DNA of 49,841 nucleotides, taken from contig CAYUBD010000001.1 in the NCBI GenBank assembly GCA_964442905.1, positions 1 to 49,841 on the forward strand. Reading direction: 5' to 3'. Source of the DNA: an uncultured archaeon. GTDB taxonomy: Archaea > Aenigmatarchaeota > Aenigmatarchaeia > QMZP01 > JAFGSV01. The notes under the pieces are model-generated. The model searched no databases, was not told the origin of the DNA, and saw nothing but the letters and a program-made list of their open reading frames with translations. Position numbers and translations under genes: made by a program. Positions 8,951-17,715 of this stretch are shown in pieces; position 1 is the stretch's first letter, and the number at the start of each line of letters is the position of its first letter.

Positions 8951-10095
8951 ATAAGATATACCTGGACAATGCCGCCACAACTCCGGTCGACCCCGAGGTT
9001 GTGAAGGCTATGGAACCGTATTTCACGAAGGATTTCGGTAACATGGCGAGCCTTCATTCCTGCGGAAGGGATGCCGATTACGCTGTGGAAAAATCAAGAC
9101 GTGACATCAGTAAGAATGTCAACGGAAAGGACCACAGGCTTGTATTCACGAGCGGAGGCACCGAGTCTAACAATTTTGCTCTTAAAGGTATAGCATTCGC
9201 CAATCGCGAGAAAGGTAAGCACATAATCACAACGAGGATGGAACATGACTGCATACTCAATACAGGGAAATGGCTGGAAAAACAGGGATTTGATGTTACA
9301 TACCTTCCTGTCGATAAGCAGGGATTTGTAAGGACTGCGGATTTTGAGAATTCCATAAGAAAGGACACGATCCTAGCAACAGTCATTCACGCTAACAATG
9401 AGATAGGCACTATACAGAATATCAGAGAGCTCGGAAAAATAGCCCATGAAAAAGGCGTTTTGTTCCATACGGATGCCTGCCAGAGCTTCACGAAAGTTCC
9501 AATCGACCTGAAGAAGGACAATATAGATCTCATGACCGTGAACTCCCATAAGATATACGGACCGAAGGGTGTTGGCGGGCTGTTCATAAAACAGGGCATT
9601 CACATAGATCCGCTCTTGCACGGAGGAGGACAGGAGTTTGGTTACAGAAGCGGTACTGTCAATGTCTCAGGCGTAGTCGGATTCGCAAAGGCGGTTGACA
9701 TGATGAAGGAAAAACACGTGCAGCACATGGCAAAACTCAGGGACATGCTGATAGACGGTGCCCTGAAAATAGACGATTCGTGGCTCAACGGACCCAGAGG
9801 AAATGACAGGCTGTGCAACAACGCGCACTTCTCTTTCGAACACATAGAAGGCGAGTCGCTCATCATACATCTTGACCTGAAAGGCATCGCAGCCTCCACA
9901 GGTTCTGCATGTTCATCGAAGTCCCTGGAACCGAGCCATGTGCTGACTGCAATAGGCCTGAAGCCAGAAGAGTCACACGGATCCATAAGGTTCAGCGTGG
10001 GAAGGGACAATACAAAAGAGGAAATAGCATACACCCTGGGGTCTCTCGAGGAAGCCGTGGAAACGCTGAGGAAGATAAGCCCGTTCAAGAGGTGA
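8947..10095 (+). CDS. iscS: Cysteine desulfurase (IscS/NifS class)
   Basis: PLP-lysine motif 'SHKIYGPKG' and active-site loop 'STGSACSS'. N-terminus 'MNKIYLDNAATTP'. Confidence 0.92.
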   Translation: MNKIYLDNAATTPVDPEVVKAMEPYFTKDFGNMASLHSCGRDADYAVEKSRRDISKNVNGKDHRLVFTSGGTESNNFALKGIAFANREKGKHIITTRMEHDCILNTGKWLEKQGFDVTYLPVDKQGFVRTADFENSIRKDTILATVIHANNEIGTIQNIRELGKIAHEKGVLFHTDACQSFTKVPIDLKKDNIDLMTVNSHKIYGPKGVGGLFIKQGIHIDPLLHGGGQEFGYRSGTVNVSGVVGFAKAVDMMKEKHVQHMAKLRDMLIDGALKIDDSWLNGPRGNDRLCNNAHFSFEHIEGESLIIHLDLKGIAASTGSACSSKSLEPSHVLTAIGLKPEESHGSIRFSVGRDNTKEEIAYTLGSLEEAVETLRKISPFKR

Positions 10096-10097
10096 AT

Positions 10098-10496
10098 ATG
10101 ATGACACTTAATTACAGTCCCAAGGTGATGGATCATTTCAGGAAGCCGCAGAACATGGGGGAGATCAAGAACCCGGACGGCGTCGGCCAGATAGGAAACA
10201 AGATATGCGGCGACGTGATGAAGATTTACATAAGGGTCGGGAAGAAGGACGGAAAGGATATCATAGACGATATAAAGTTCCAGACGTTCGGCTGCGTCTC
10301 TGCCATAGCAACGACATCCATGACGACCATGCTCGCGAAGGGTAAGACCCTTGACGATGCCAAGAAAATAACGAGGGACGACGTCGCCAATGCGCTCGGG
10401 GGACTGCCGCCTATCAAGATTCACTGCTCGAACATGGCATCTGAGGCGCTTGAAGCCGCGATCAATGATTACAGGAAGAAATCGAAGAAGAAATGA
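10098..10496 (+). CDS. iscU: Fe-S cluster scaffold IscU/NifU-like
   Basis: Three conserved Cys contexts: 'GNKICGD', 'FGCVSAIA' and 'KIHCSNMA'. It starts 3 nt after the iscS stop. Confidence 0.9.
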   Translation: MMTLNYSPKVMDHFRKPQNMGEIKNPDGVGQIGNKICGDVMKIYIRVGKKDGKDIIDDIKFQTFGCVSAIATTSMTTMLAKGKTLDDAKKITRDDVANALGGLPPIKIHCSNMASEALEAAINDYRKKSKKK

Positions 10497-10544
10497 AACA
10501 CATAAAAGCCAGGAGGAGAAAGAAAAAGGATTTAGGTGAATATT

Positions 10545-10760
10545 ATGGCAAAGATAACGAAGGACAGCACACTTGCAAAAGCACTGGAGGTTCCGGGAGC
10601 TGAAAAGATACTCGAGCACTTCAACACGCCGTGCGTGCACTGCCCGATGGCGGCCATGGAGATGAACAAGCTCAAGCTCGGCGAGATAGCATCCATGTAC
10701 GGGCTCGACCTCGACGGGCTTCTCAGTGAGCTGAACAAGAAGGCAGGGGCGAAGAAATGA
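10545..10760 (+). CDS. DUF1858-type small redox-disulfide domain protein
   Basis: 'TPCVHCPMAAMEM...LGEIA' resembles the hybrid-cluster-protein-associated DUF1858 domain. An AGGAGG motif lies upstream. Confidence 0.65.
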   Translation: MAKITKDSTLAKALEVPGAEKILEHFNTPCVHCPMAAMEMNKLKLGEIASMYGLDLDGLLSELNKKAGAKK

Positions 10761-11263
10761 GGATTCTCTATATCACAGCTGGCGTCCTAGTGCTGGCTTT
10801 ACTGCTCGTTTCAGGATGCATAAACGATTCCGTGTCAGAGACAGCAGGAACATTGGATGCCGAATCCGCCGGGCATGCACTGAACGATACCGGGGCTGAA
10901 GTGACACCTATCGAAGAACCTGATGCCATGCTTCCGGATGGCGCGAACATACTCGTAGGTGACATAGTGATTGAGAATGAACTTTACCACTCAGGCGAAC
11001 TGATGCGGTTCAACGTGTCTGTAAGTTCGGACATATACCTTGAAGGGGTTTCGGTAAGCGCTGCCGGCATAAGCGGTAAAATGAACATGGAAAAAACAGT
11101 CAATATTTCAGAGGGCGATAACCTGATCGCTTTCGAATTCGGCCTGCCGGGATGTAACGTCTGCGGAGGCATAAAGGCGGGAACACATACTATAGTCACG
11201 AGTGTTTACTACTCAGGCGAACTCGTGGCCGGGAATTCAACGTCAGTGGAGATACGGCAGTGA
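10757..11263 (+). CDS. Predicted lipoprotein with a beta-sandwich-like domain
   Basis: Signal peptide plus lipobox 'LLVSGC'. Internal repeat 'Y(H/Y)SGEL'. ATGA overlap with the upstream gene. Confidence 0.6.
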   Translation: MRILYITAGVLVLALLLVSGCINDSVSETAGTLDAESAGHALNDTGAEVTPIEEPDAMLPDGANILVGDIVIENELYHSGELMRFNVSVSSDIYLEGVSVSAAGISGKMNMEKTVNISEGDNLIAFEFGLPGCNVCGGIKAGTHTIVTSVYYSGELVAGNSTSVEIRQ

Positions 11264-11267
11264 TCAT

Positions 11268-11630
11268 ATGGTGTTATTCTGCATACCCTGTCTTGCACTT
11301 CTGGTTTATTTCGGTGTAGCCGGCATATTCTTTCCCAAATACAGGACATACATACGGGAAGGATGGAGATGCTTCAGCGACAAGCTCCGGGGAAGGAAAT
11401 GCTCGGTGTCATTCGACAACAGGATGAGGATTGCATTCAGCGCATGGCTTGCTCATCACAGAATGACAAGACTGGGCCGCTGGTTCAACAGTGAGCGGAA
11501 CTTCAGCATGTTCATGACCACGTTCGCTATAGTCTCGACGGTCCTGACAATATACTTCATATGGCTTTTCATACAGTTCCAGATAAACTCGCCGTGTGAC
11601 GTGGGCGATGTCTGTTCTGTTGACATGTAA
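11268..11630 (+). CDS. Cys-rich membrane protein
   Basis: Hydrophobic N- and C-terminal helices and a 'CIPC' motif. The ATG at 11268 lies 5 nt after the upstream stop. Confidence 0.5.
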   Translation: MVLFCIPCLALLVYFGVAGIFFPKYRTYIREGWRCFSDKLRGRKCSVSFDNRMRIAFSAWLAHHRMTRLGRWFNSERNFSMFMTTFAIVSTVLTIYFIWLFIQFQINSPCDVGDVCSVDM

Positions 11631-11646
11631 ATTATAAGCGCCAAAA

Positions 11647-12120
11647 CTAACCGAAAACAGCCGCTATCCAGCTGCCTATGCTGTGCGTCAGCAATATTAT
11701 GAACAGCGTCAGTACCACGTGTTCTGAAATCGTCCAGACCGGATTCTTTTTTTCACGCCTGGCTATGAAATAGCTCAGAACTGTTATAAGAATCAGTCCC
11801 AATACCACGCTCACCATTACAGCCGTCTGTATCGGGAGCAGGACTATCGGTATTACGAAGGTTATTCCTACCAGAAACTTGGCAAGGAACGTGGAGATTG
11901 TCGATTCCCTCACTTCCTTGGAGCTCTTGTCTGAAGCCTCTTCCGATATGTGCATGCCGAGCGAGTCCGAAAGCGCATCCGCTATGGCTATTATCAGTAT
12001 GCCGCTTATTATGATTGCAACAGAACTCGTGCTCGCGTTCAGTCCCACTATAAGGGCGAGCGTCGTTATTATGGCTGTCGTCATCCCGAAGCTGAAGCCC
12101 TTTCTTAGGGAGATGTTCAT
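11647..12120 (-). CDS. VIT1/CCC1-like membrane protein (putative iron/manganese transporter)
   Basis: About 5 hydrophobic segments, plus an 'ADALSDSLGMHISEEAS' loop reminiscent of the VIT family. Confidence 0.5.
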   Translation of the reverse strand: MNISLRKGFSFGMTTAIITTLALIVGLNASTSSVAIIISGILIIAIADALSDSLGMHISEEASDKSSKEVRESTISTFLAKFLVGITFVIPIVLLPIQTAVMVSVVLGLILITVLSYFIARREKKNPVWTISEHVVLTLFIILLTHSIGSWIAAVFG

Positions 12121-12196
12121 AAATATATATTGAAAAGTTTCTTAATATTTGCAACGTTTCCATGTCTTTAAAAATGTTGGCATCATTCTATCCGTC

Positions 12197-12841
12197 ATGG
12201 TCAATACGATTTTCAGGGAATCCGGGCTGAGCTATTCCAATCTCAGGGATTACATCGACAGTGAGAATATAGGCATAGTGCTGGTGGGTGATGTCCACGA
12301 CCCGGGCATTGATCATGAGATACAGGGAAATGTCCTTGAGGCAATCAGGCCTGATTACTACCTGCACGAGTTTCTCGAGGACAGTGATTATCTCTCCCAA
12401 ACTGAAATAAAGAACGTTCTTGAACATCCTACGAAGCATGACCCCAATACTGCATACATCTTCCGCCTTGCCCAGAGGCACGGCACCAAGCTTATCGGGT
12501 GTGACCTGAAAGGGCAGGGTATGGATTATCTGGATGAAGCGCCAGAGGAAGAGATTGCGGAATGGACCAAAAGAAATCCTGATGATGATGGTCTTGGCTT
12601 CATTAATGTTCTGCGTGAAAAGAAGATGGGAAATATGGCCAAAAGATACCATAGGAAATCTGGTTCACCCGTGGTGGAAGCGGTAGGTGCATATCATCTG
12701 ATTGACAGCTCTTCCATATATCAGGTCCTTAAGGGAAATAACGTGTACATGATATATCCGTCTTTTCACAAAAGCGACAGAATCCAGACTCGTCGCCTAC
12801 GTGAAACGGAAACCTTCAGAGGAAAACACCTGAAACTTTGA
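12197..12841 (+). CDS. Hypothetical protein, possibly TIKI/TraB/ChaN superfamily
   Basis: Two GxxH motifs ('VGDVHD', 'VGAYHL') with intervening conserved acidic/Arg residues. A TATA-like CTTTAAAAAT sits about 25 nt upstream of the ATG at 12197. Confidence 0.45.
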   Translation: MVNTIFRESGLSYSNLRDYIDSENIGIVLVGDVHDPGIDHEIQGNVLEAIRPDYYLHEFLEDSDYLSQTEIKNVLEHPTKHDPNTAYIFRLAQRHGTKLIGCDLKGQGMDYLDEAPEEEIAEWTKRNPDDDGLGFINVLREKKMGNMAKRYHRKSGSPVVEAVGAYHLIDSSSIYQVLKGNNVYMIYPSFHKSDRIQTRRLRETETFRGKHLKL

Positions 12842-12887
12842 AATCTGCCTGATTTTACTTAAAAGACATCTTCCAGAAATATAATCG

Positions 12888-13259
12888 ATGACAAAGACCA
12901 TAATCTTTTTCGGGAGCGAAGTGTCAGGAGACGACACGGCTTTCAAAGTAATGGAACTTCTGAAAGGCAAGGTGAAGGCGAAGCTGGTGAAATGTGAAAG
13001 CGTTCACGACATGCCTGACGAAGGCGAAGTGACGATAGTCGATGTTGTCGAAGGCATAAAGAACGTGCAATTATTCACGGACATTGATGATTTCTCGCGC
13101 GTGAAGAGCGTCAGCGTGCACGACCTCGACCTCTGCACTCACCTCAAGATAATGAAGGAGATGGACTGGCCGCTCAAGGTGAATATAATAGGGGTGCCTT
13201 CCGGCATGAAACCTGATAAAGCAGTCCCGGAAGTCAGGAAGCTCATCTCTTCAGCCTGA
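12888..13259 (+). CDS. Divergent [NiFe]-hydrogenase maturation endopeptidase-like protein
   Basis: The pattern 'IIFFGSEVSGDD ... IVDVV ... SVHDLDL ... NIIGV' matches the GDD / D / H metal-ligand layout of HybD/HycI-type proteases. Confidence 0.55.
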   Translation: MTKTIIFFGSEVSGDDTAFKVMELLKGKVKAKLVKCESVHDMPDEGEVTIVDVVEGIKNVQLFTDIDDFSRVKSVSVHDLDLCTHLKIMKEMDWPLKVNIIGVPSGMKPDKAVPEVRKLISSA

Positions 13260-13380
13260 AATTCAGAAAGTGCGTGGAACATGAGAAACCGGGGTCGTAG
13301 GCCCTTATCAGCATCTCGAGTCTGTGCCGTATCTCTTAATAGTGCTTCCTTGATATTCCGGACGGATATTCTCTATCTCA

Positions 13381-13404
13381 TTCCATAAAAGGCAGGCACT
13401 GCCT
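13381..13404 (-). terminator. Hairpin plus T-run downstream of the SDR gene
   Basis: AGGCAG-GCA-CTGCCT (6-bp stem) lies immediately after the stop at 13407, followed on the minus strand by TTTT. Confidence 0.35.
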
Positions 13405-13406
13405 GT

Positions 13407-14147
13407 TTATTGTATCGTCCATCCCCCGTCAACAGCAATTATCTGGCCTGTTATATACTCAGACCGGTCTGATGCGAGGAAAACGACGGCATTCGCTATA
13501 TCTTCAGGGATGCCCATCCTTTTCCACGGGATTGCCGCAATTGTCTGTTTCTTGACATCCTCGCTTGAAGATTGGTTCGCTCCGGGAGTGTCTATCGCGC
13601 CGGGCGCGACAGCGTTCACGTTTATTTTTTTGGGAGCCATCTCCAGCGCAAGCGCCCTTATCATGCCGTTTATCCCGCCTTTTGACGCGCAGTAATGGGC
13701 CAACCCCGGGAATCCGACGAAGGAAGCTATAGAGGAGACGCTTACAATCTTGCTTCCCGGCTTCATGACTTTTGCAGCGGCCTGGGAGCACAGGAACACG
13801 CTCTTCAGATTAACATCCAGTACCTTGTCCCAGTTATCCTCGGTCATGTCAAGGAATGGTACAAAAGGGTATATGCCGGCATTGTTTACAAGAATGTCCA
13901 GCCTTCCGAATTTTTTCATCGTTTTTGCAATCAACTCATCAACTTCCGGTTTATTCGAGACGTCGCACTTCACAGCGAGCCCCTTGACACCTTTCTTTTC
14001 AATCTCTTTCACGACATTTTCGCAATCCTTCTGATCCATGTCGCTTACGACGACATTGCACCCTTCCTTTGCAAGGGCAAGAACTATCCCATAACCGATA
14101 CCCCGGCGGGAACCAGTAACTATTGCAACCTTTCCTTTCAATGTCAT
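13407..14147 (-). CDS. Short-chain dehydrogenase/reductase (FabG-like)
   Basis: 'TGSRRGIG' cofactor motif, 'NNAG', and catalytic 'YCASKGG'. The start is set at MTLKGKVAIVTG (14147). Confidence 0.9.
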   Translation of the reverse strand: MTLKGKVAIVTGSRRGIGYGIVLALAKEGCNVVVSDMDQKDCENVVKEIEKKGVKGLAVKCDVSNKPEVDELIAKTMKKFGRLDILVNNAGIYPFVPFLDMTEDNWDKVLDVNLKSVFLCSQAAAKVMKPGSKIVSVSSIASFVGFPGLAHYCASKGGINGMIRALALEMAPKKINVNAVAPGAIDTPGANQSSSEDVKKQTIAAIPWKRMGIPEDIANAVVFLASDRSEYITGQIIAVDGGWTIQ

Positions 14148-14382
14148 GTTTTCACTTCCCATAATTTTACAAACTTAAACAACTTACTTATATTGTTGTT
14201 AATTTGCGCTTTTAAATTTTTCGAAGTGTAAAATCCACTTTCTAACCAACTCTGAAGGTCTTTCTTCCCCAGAAAATAGCTCCCGTACTGCGTCATCAGA
14301 ACCACAATAATATTAGTAGGACCAGCGGCATAAATTTGTTGAGCTGGAGAACGGTTAAAAAACTTCTTTCCAAACATCGTTC

Positions 14383-14814
14383 ATGGGCGCGGATGTCAAA
14401 AGGCAGTTCTGGGAGACCTGCAAGTACAGATTCGGAAATCTGGACATAGACGTCGCCAAGGCTGAAAAGGCTAACCCGGACTGGGCCCTCTGGAGAAAGA
14501 TAAGAGGTGAAGAAGAAACGGCAGCCTCGCGGTTTCTGAAAGAGAATGACATCAACGAGTGCTATTACTGCCAGTGCCCTGAAATGGTGGATCTGGGAAG
14601 GCGGGGTTTCTATTTCAAGGACGGCGTGATAAACAATGAGGGCAAATTCGTCCCGAGCATAAAGCTTTTCACCCTGGACCTATCAGACTACATCGAAGGG
14701 CCCGTAGGACCCGAACCGCTTGAAGATGCGGGATATCTGGAACGTATTATCAACATGGGACTCAGGATGTGCGCCCACTGCAGGTTCTATCAGCCTGATG
14801 GGGATCCGGGATAG
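14383..14814 (+). CDS. Hypothetical Cys-rich protein (143 aa)
   Basis: ORF with 'CYYCQC' and 'CAHC' motifs. It lies directly upstream of hypA. Confidence 0.5.
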   Translation: MGADVKRQFWETCKYRFGNLDIDVAKAEKANPDWALWRKIRGEEETAASRFLKENDINECYYCQCPEMVDLGRRGFYFKDGVINNEGKFVPSIKLFTLDLSDYIEGPVGPEPLEDAGYLERIINMGLRMCAHCRFYQPDGDPG

Positions 14815-14855
14815 TTTTTTATATCAGTGCGGCAACTAAAGTGAAAGGGTATCTT

Positions 14856-15236
14856 ATGCACGACATGTCAGTAGCGCAGATGGTCGTGGACGAAGTGACG
14901 TCCAGGCTCAGGGAAAAGAGGATAAAGAAGATAGAAATCGAGATGGAGGCAGGTTCTCTCAGGTTCCATGACACCACACAGGTGGAATTCTGGATAAGGG
15001 AGCTTCTCCGGCAGGAATTCGGAAAAAACCTAAAGGTCTCCGTAAAGATAGCGAAGGTCGAACCGAGGATAAAATGCGGCTGCGGTTACAGGGGGGCCGT
15101 GGACGAGGAGGAAAACGACCACGAGCTCATGCATCAGGGAATATTCACAATGAAGTGCCCTAAGTGTAGTTCCGAGGATTACGAAATCGTCCAGGGCAAC
15201 GACGTCGTGCTGAAGAAGATAAACGTGACCGAGTAA
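14856..15236 (+). CDS. hypA: Hydrogenase nickel-insertion protein HypA
   Basis: N-terminal 'MHDMSVAQ' (an MHE-type Ni site) and zinc motif 'CGCG ... CPKC'. Confidence 0.8.
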   Translation: MHDMSVAQMVVDEVTSRLREKRIKKIEIEMEAGSLRFHDTTQVEFWIRELLRQEFGKNLKVSVKIAKVEPRIKCGCGYRGAVDEEENDHELMHQGIFTMKCPKCSSEDYEIVQGNDVVLKKINVTE

Positions 15237-15286
15237 CTGTTCTTTGAGCTATGCGCATATTTTAGCATCTTGCCAATAAATAAAAC

Positions 15287-16450
15287 ATGAAAGACCTGCT
15301 GAAGTTCTATCTGGAATCGTTCTTCAGGAACCAGAAGTACTTCGCTCCCGTGTTCGTCCTGTTCCTGCAGTTCCACCACCTCAGCATATCAGAGGTCTTC
15401 ATGGTCCTGGCCGCGGGAAGCATCGCGGGTTTCGTGCTCGAGATACCTACCGGGGTCGTGGCTGACATCTTCGGGAAGAAGAGAAGCCTGATAATAGCCA
15501 GGATAGCAGTGTTCGCGTCATATGTGGTCTTCGGACTCTCGGATACGTTCTGGATGTTCGTGATAGCCAACGTGCTGTTCGAGTTCGGATGGGCGATGAG
15601 GTCCGGGACCGAGGGGGCGTTCGTGTACGATTTCGTGGTCCAGCATAATGACAGGATACGGCTCCATTTCACTGAGCTGAGAAGCAGACAGAAGTTCTTC
15701 GACGTGCTGGGAAGTTCTTTTGCAGCTTTCGTGGGCGGAATCATCGCTCTGTTCTACGGATTCAACGCCGTGTTCCTCGTGGGGGCAGTGCCCGCCCTTG
15801 CGAGCGTGTTCATTGTGGCATCATTCAGTGAGATAAAGGAGAGGAGAGAGAGGCCCGGGATGATATCTTCGATAAAACATGTGAGATCGTCACTTAATGA
15901 GCTTCGCGGCAAGAGGATGCTGGTGATGATCATACTGAACGCCACGCTGTTCTCTTCGGCGTTCGCCGTCATTAACGGGTTCATGCAACCGTACATGGTG
16001 GAAGCAGGCATAGGGCTCGAATGGTTCGGCATAATCTATGCGGCAACCCTGGCAGCCGCGGCGTTCGGTGCCCTGTATACGCACAGAATAGAGAAAAGGA
16101 TAGGCGGCCTAATGTCCCTGAATATCATATCCATGCTCGCATTCGTGCCGGCCCTGGTCATCGGCCTCGGGCACGTCTCCCTGTTCGGGGTCATCCTCCT
16201 GATGACAGTAATAGTGGTCCATAAGGTCCGCCTGCCGATAACGAGTAACCAGCTCAATCTCCGCATGGGATCCGGGAACAGGGCGACTCTCGGCTCGTTC
16301 AACAGTATGTCGAAGTACATAGGGTCCAGCATAGCCCTTCCCATAGCAGGCTTCGTAGCAGAGATATTCTCGATGCACACAGCCATGCTCATATTCTCGC
16401 TGGTGCTCCTTGTAAATTTCACCGTCTTCTACCTGAGACAGGAGAAGTAA
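15287..16450 (+). CDS. MFS-type transporter
   Basis: About 12 hydrophobic segments and a 'GVVADIFGKKRS' loop 2-3 motif. Confidence 0.7.
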   Translation: MKDLLKFYLESFFRNQKYFAPVFVLFLQFHHLSISEVFMVLAAGSIAGFVLEIPTGVVADIFGKKRSLIIARIAVFASYVVFGLSDTFWMFVIANVLFEFGWAMRSGTEGAFVYDFVVQHNDRIRLHFTELRSRQKFFDVLGSSFAAFVGGIIALFYGFNAVFLVGAVPALASVFIVASFSEIKERRERPGMISSIKHVRSSLNELRGKRMLVMIILNATLFSSAFAVINGFMQPYMVEAGIGLEWFGIIYAATLAAAAFGALYTHRIEKRIGGLMSLNIISMLAFVPALVIGLGHVSLFGVILLMTVIVVHKVRLPITSNQLNLRMGSGNRATLGSFNSMSKYIGSSIALPIAGFVAEIFSMHTAMLIFSLVLLVNFTVFYLRQEK

Positions 16451-16515
16451 TCACCTAACTATTATAGCACGCACTCTTCTTGGAACTTTCGTTTAAAAAC
16501 ACGTTTACGGAAAAA

Positions 16516-16857
16516 TCACTGCCTGAAGCCTATAATCCGGCTGAAATTCACGATGGCGCCTTTTCTGGTTATTACATCATTTGCAGCCGTGAGTAATGCC
16601 CATACCGAAGCTGAGACCAGCGTCATCGGGCCGCCGACGCTCAGCATCTCGGGCAGGACTTCCATTATTCCTGCGGTAAGGAAAGGAGGATAAGGTATTA
16701 TCTCTCCGTGGGCGACGTGCTCGACCATCAGCATCGCTACAGCGCCCCACAGCATGGCGTTGAGCCAGTTTATGTTCAGCCTTTTCGGAAAGAACCTTGC
16801 CAGTAATGTAGTTATTATGCCGAGACCCATCGGAACGATAAAGCATGCCATATTCAT
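16516..16857 (-). CDS. Small membrane protein (paralogue B)
   Basis: Three TM segments. Shares 'LN..(W/L)L..MLWGA.AM(L)MVEHV' with the adjacent gene, and the two genes overlap by 4 nt. Confidence 0.55.
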   Translation of the reverse strand: MNMACFIVPMGLGIITTLLARFFPKRLNINWLNAMLWGAVAMLMVEHVAHGEIIPYPPFLTAGIMEVLPEMLSVGGPMTLVSASVWALLTAANDVITRKGAIVNFSRIIGFRQ

Positions 16858-17144
16858 TTACTCCCATTTTTTACCATTTTCATTGATATTATTACATAAA
16901 TCTCCCATACTATTAATATCGGTATGAGCATCGCGATGCCCAGCACGGTCCCGTTCGTGATCATCCCCTCGGTCGTCATCTCTATGAATTCACCGCCCTC
17001 GTAGCCAAGGACATGGTCCACAAGTATCATGACCGAAGCTCCCCATAACATCAGGGAAAGAAGGTTCAGCTTGTATTTCTTGGGCGCCGTTATCCAAAGC
17101 GCGGTCGCGCCGATTGCCGCAAGCATGGTAGTTATGAGCCACAT
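16854..17144 (-). CDS. Small membrane protein (paralogue A)
   Basis: Three TM segments and the motif 'LNLLSLMLWGASVMILVDHV'. Confidence 0.55.
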   Translation of the reverse strand: MWLITTMLAAIGATALWITAPKKYKLNLLSLMLWGASVMILVDHVLGYEGGEFIEMTTEGMITNGTVLGIAMLIPILIVWEIYVIISMKMVKNGSK

Positions 17145-17212
17145 ATGAAAAACACCTTAATAGTGATAAATGATGAAATTCATTAATAAGTTTTTCTCAG
17201 CAACTCTAGGCT

Positions 17213-17650
17213 ATGAACGTACTGATGGGCATAGGCAACGAGCTGAAAGGGGACGATGGCATAGGCAACATCATAGCCAGGAAGTTCAGGGTACCTGGCT
17301 GGAAGAGCATACCATGCGAGACCGTCCCCGAGAATTTCACGTCCGTGGTTAAGAGGGAAAACCCCGGGATTCTTGTCATAGTTGACGCGACTGAGATGGG
17401 ACTCCGTCCAGGCGAATTCAGACATATACCCAAAGAGAAGCTCGGTTCCGATGTCGTTGGAACGCACGGGATACCGCTCCGGCACCTCGTCTCCTATCTT
17501 GAGGATTCTGCAGGCAGAATCATCTTCATAGGCATACAGCCCGGGAACATGAAAATCGGAGAATCTGTTTCCAACGAAGTCACCGATGCGGGTGATGAGA
17601 TAACAGAAATAATCAAAAAATCGGACTTTTCTGGCATAAAAGCGCTATAG
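17213..17650 (+). CDS. hycI: Hydrogenase maturation endopeptidase HycI
   Basis: 'LMGIGNELKGDDGIG', 'VIVDATEMG', 'GTHGIPL' and 'IFIGIQP' line up along the whole length with E. coli HycI. Confidence 0.85.
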   Translation: MNVLMGIGNELKGDDGIGNIIARKFRVPGWKSIPCETVPENFTSVVKRENPGILVIVDATEMGLRPGEFRHIPKEKLGSDVVGTHGIPLRHLVSYLEDSAGRIIFIGIQPGNMKIGESVSNEVTDAGDEITEIIKKSDFSGIKAL

Positions 17651-17715
17651 GTCGGACATCAGATACCTTTATAAAGACTTACTTACTAATAAGTAGTAAC
17701 AGAAAGGTGTATATT

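Noticed and set aside
9642-10640. Long antisense ORFs: 9642-10640 (-), 6272-6845 (-), 13695-14231 (+), 19549-20127 (+), 45023-45811 (+), 46495-47199 (+) and 48906-49583 (+)
   Set aside because: Each lies opposite a gene with strong family motifs (iscS/iscU, mcm, SDR, DEAD-box helicase, MinD-Fd/NifX-like, DUF5320/DUF134, ACD-GNAT). Their translations are low-complexity or Ser/Pro/Arg-rich shadow frames without motifs.
14144-14377. 77-aa minus-strand ORF filling the SDR upstream gap, whose stop forms an ATGA overlap with the SDR start at 14147
   Set aside because: Its start is only 6 nt from the divergent gene at 14383, so there is no room for a promoter. Its 3' half is encoded by AT-rich, promoter-like sequence, and it has no motif. 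It is possibly real, but the support is insufficient.
17165-17226. C/D-box sRNA-like pattern: AUGAUGA at 17170-17176 and CUGA about 50 nt downstream
   Set aside because: The putative D box lies inside the hycI coding start. There is no terminal stem and no convincing C'/D' boxes, so chance in an AT-rich promoter is the likely explanation.
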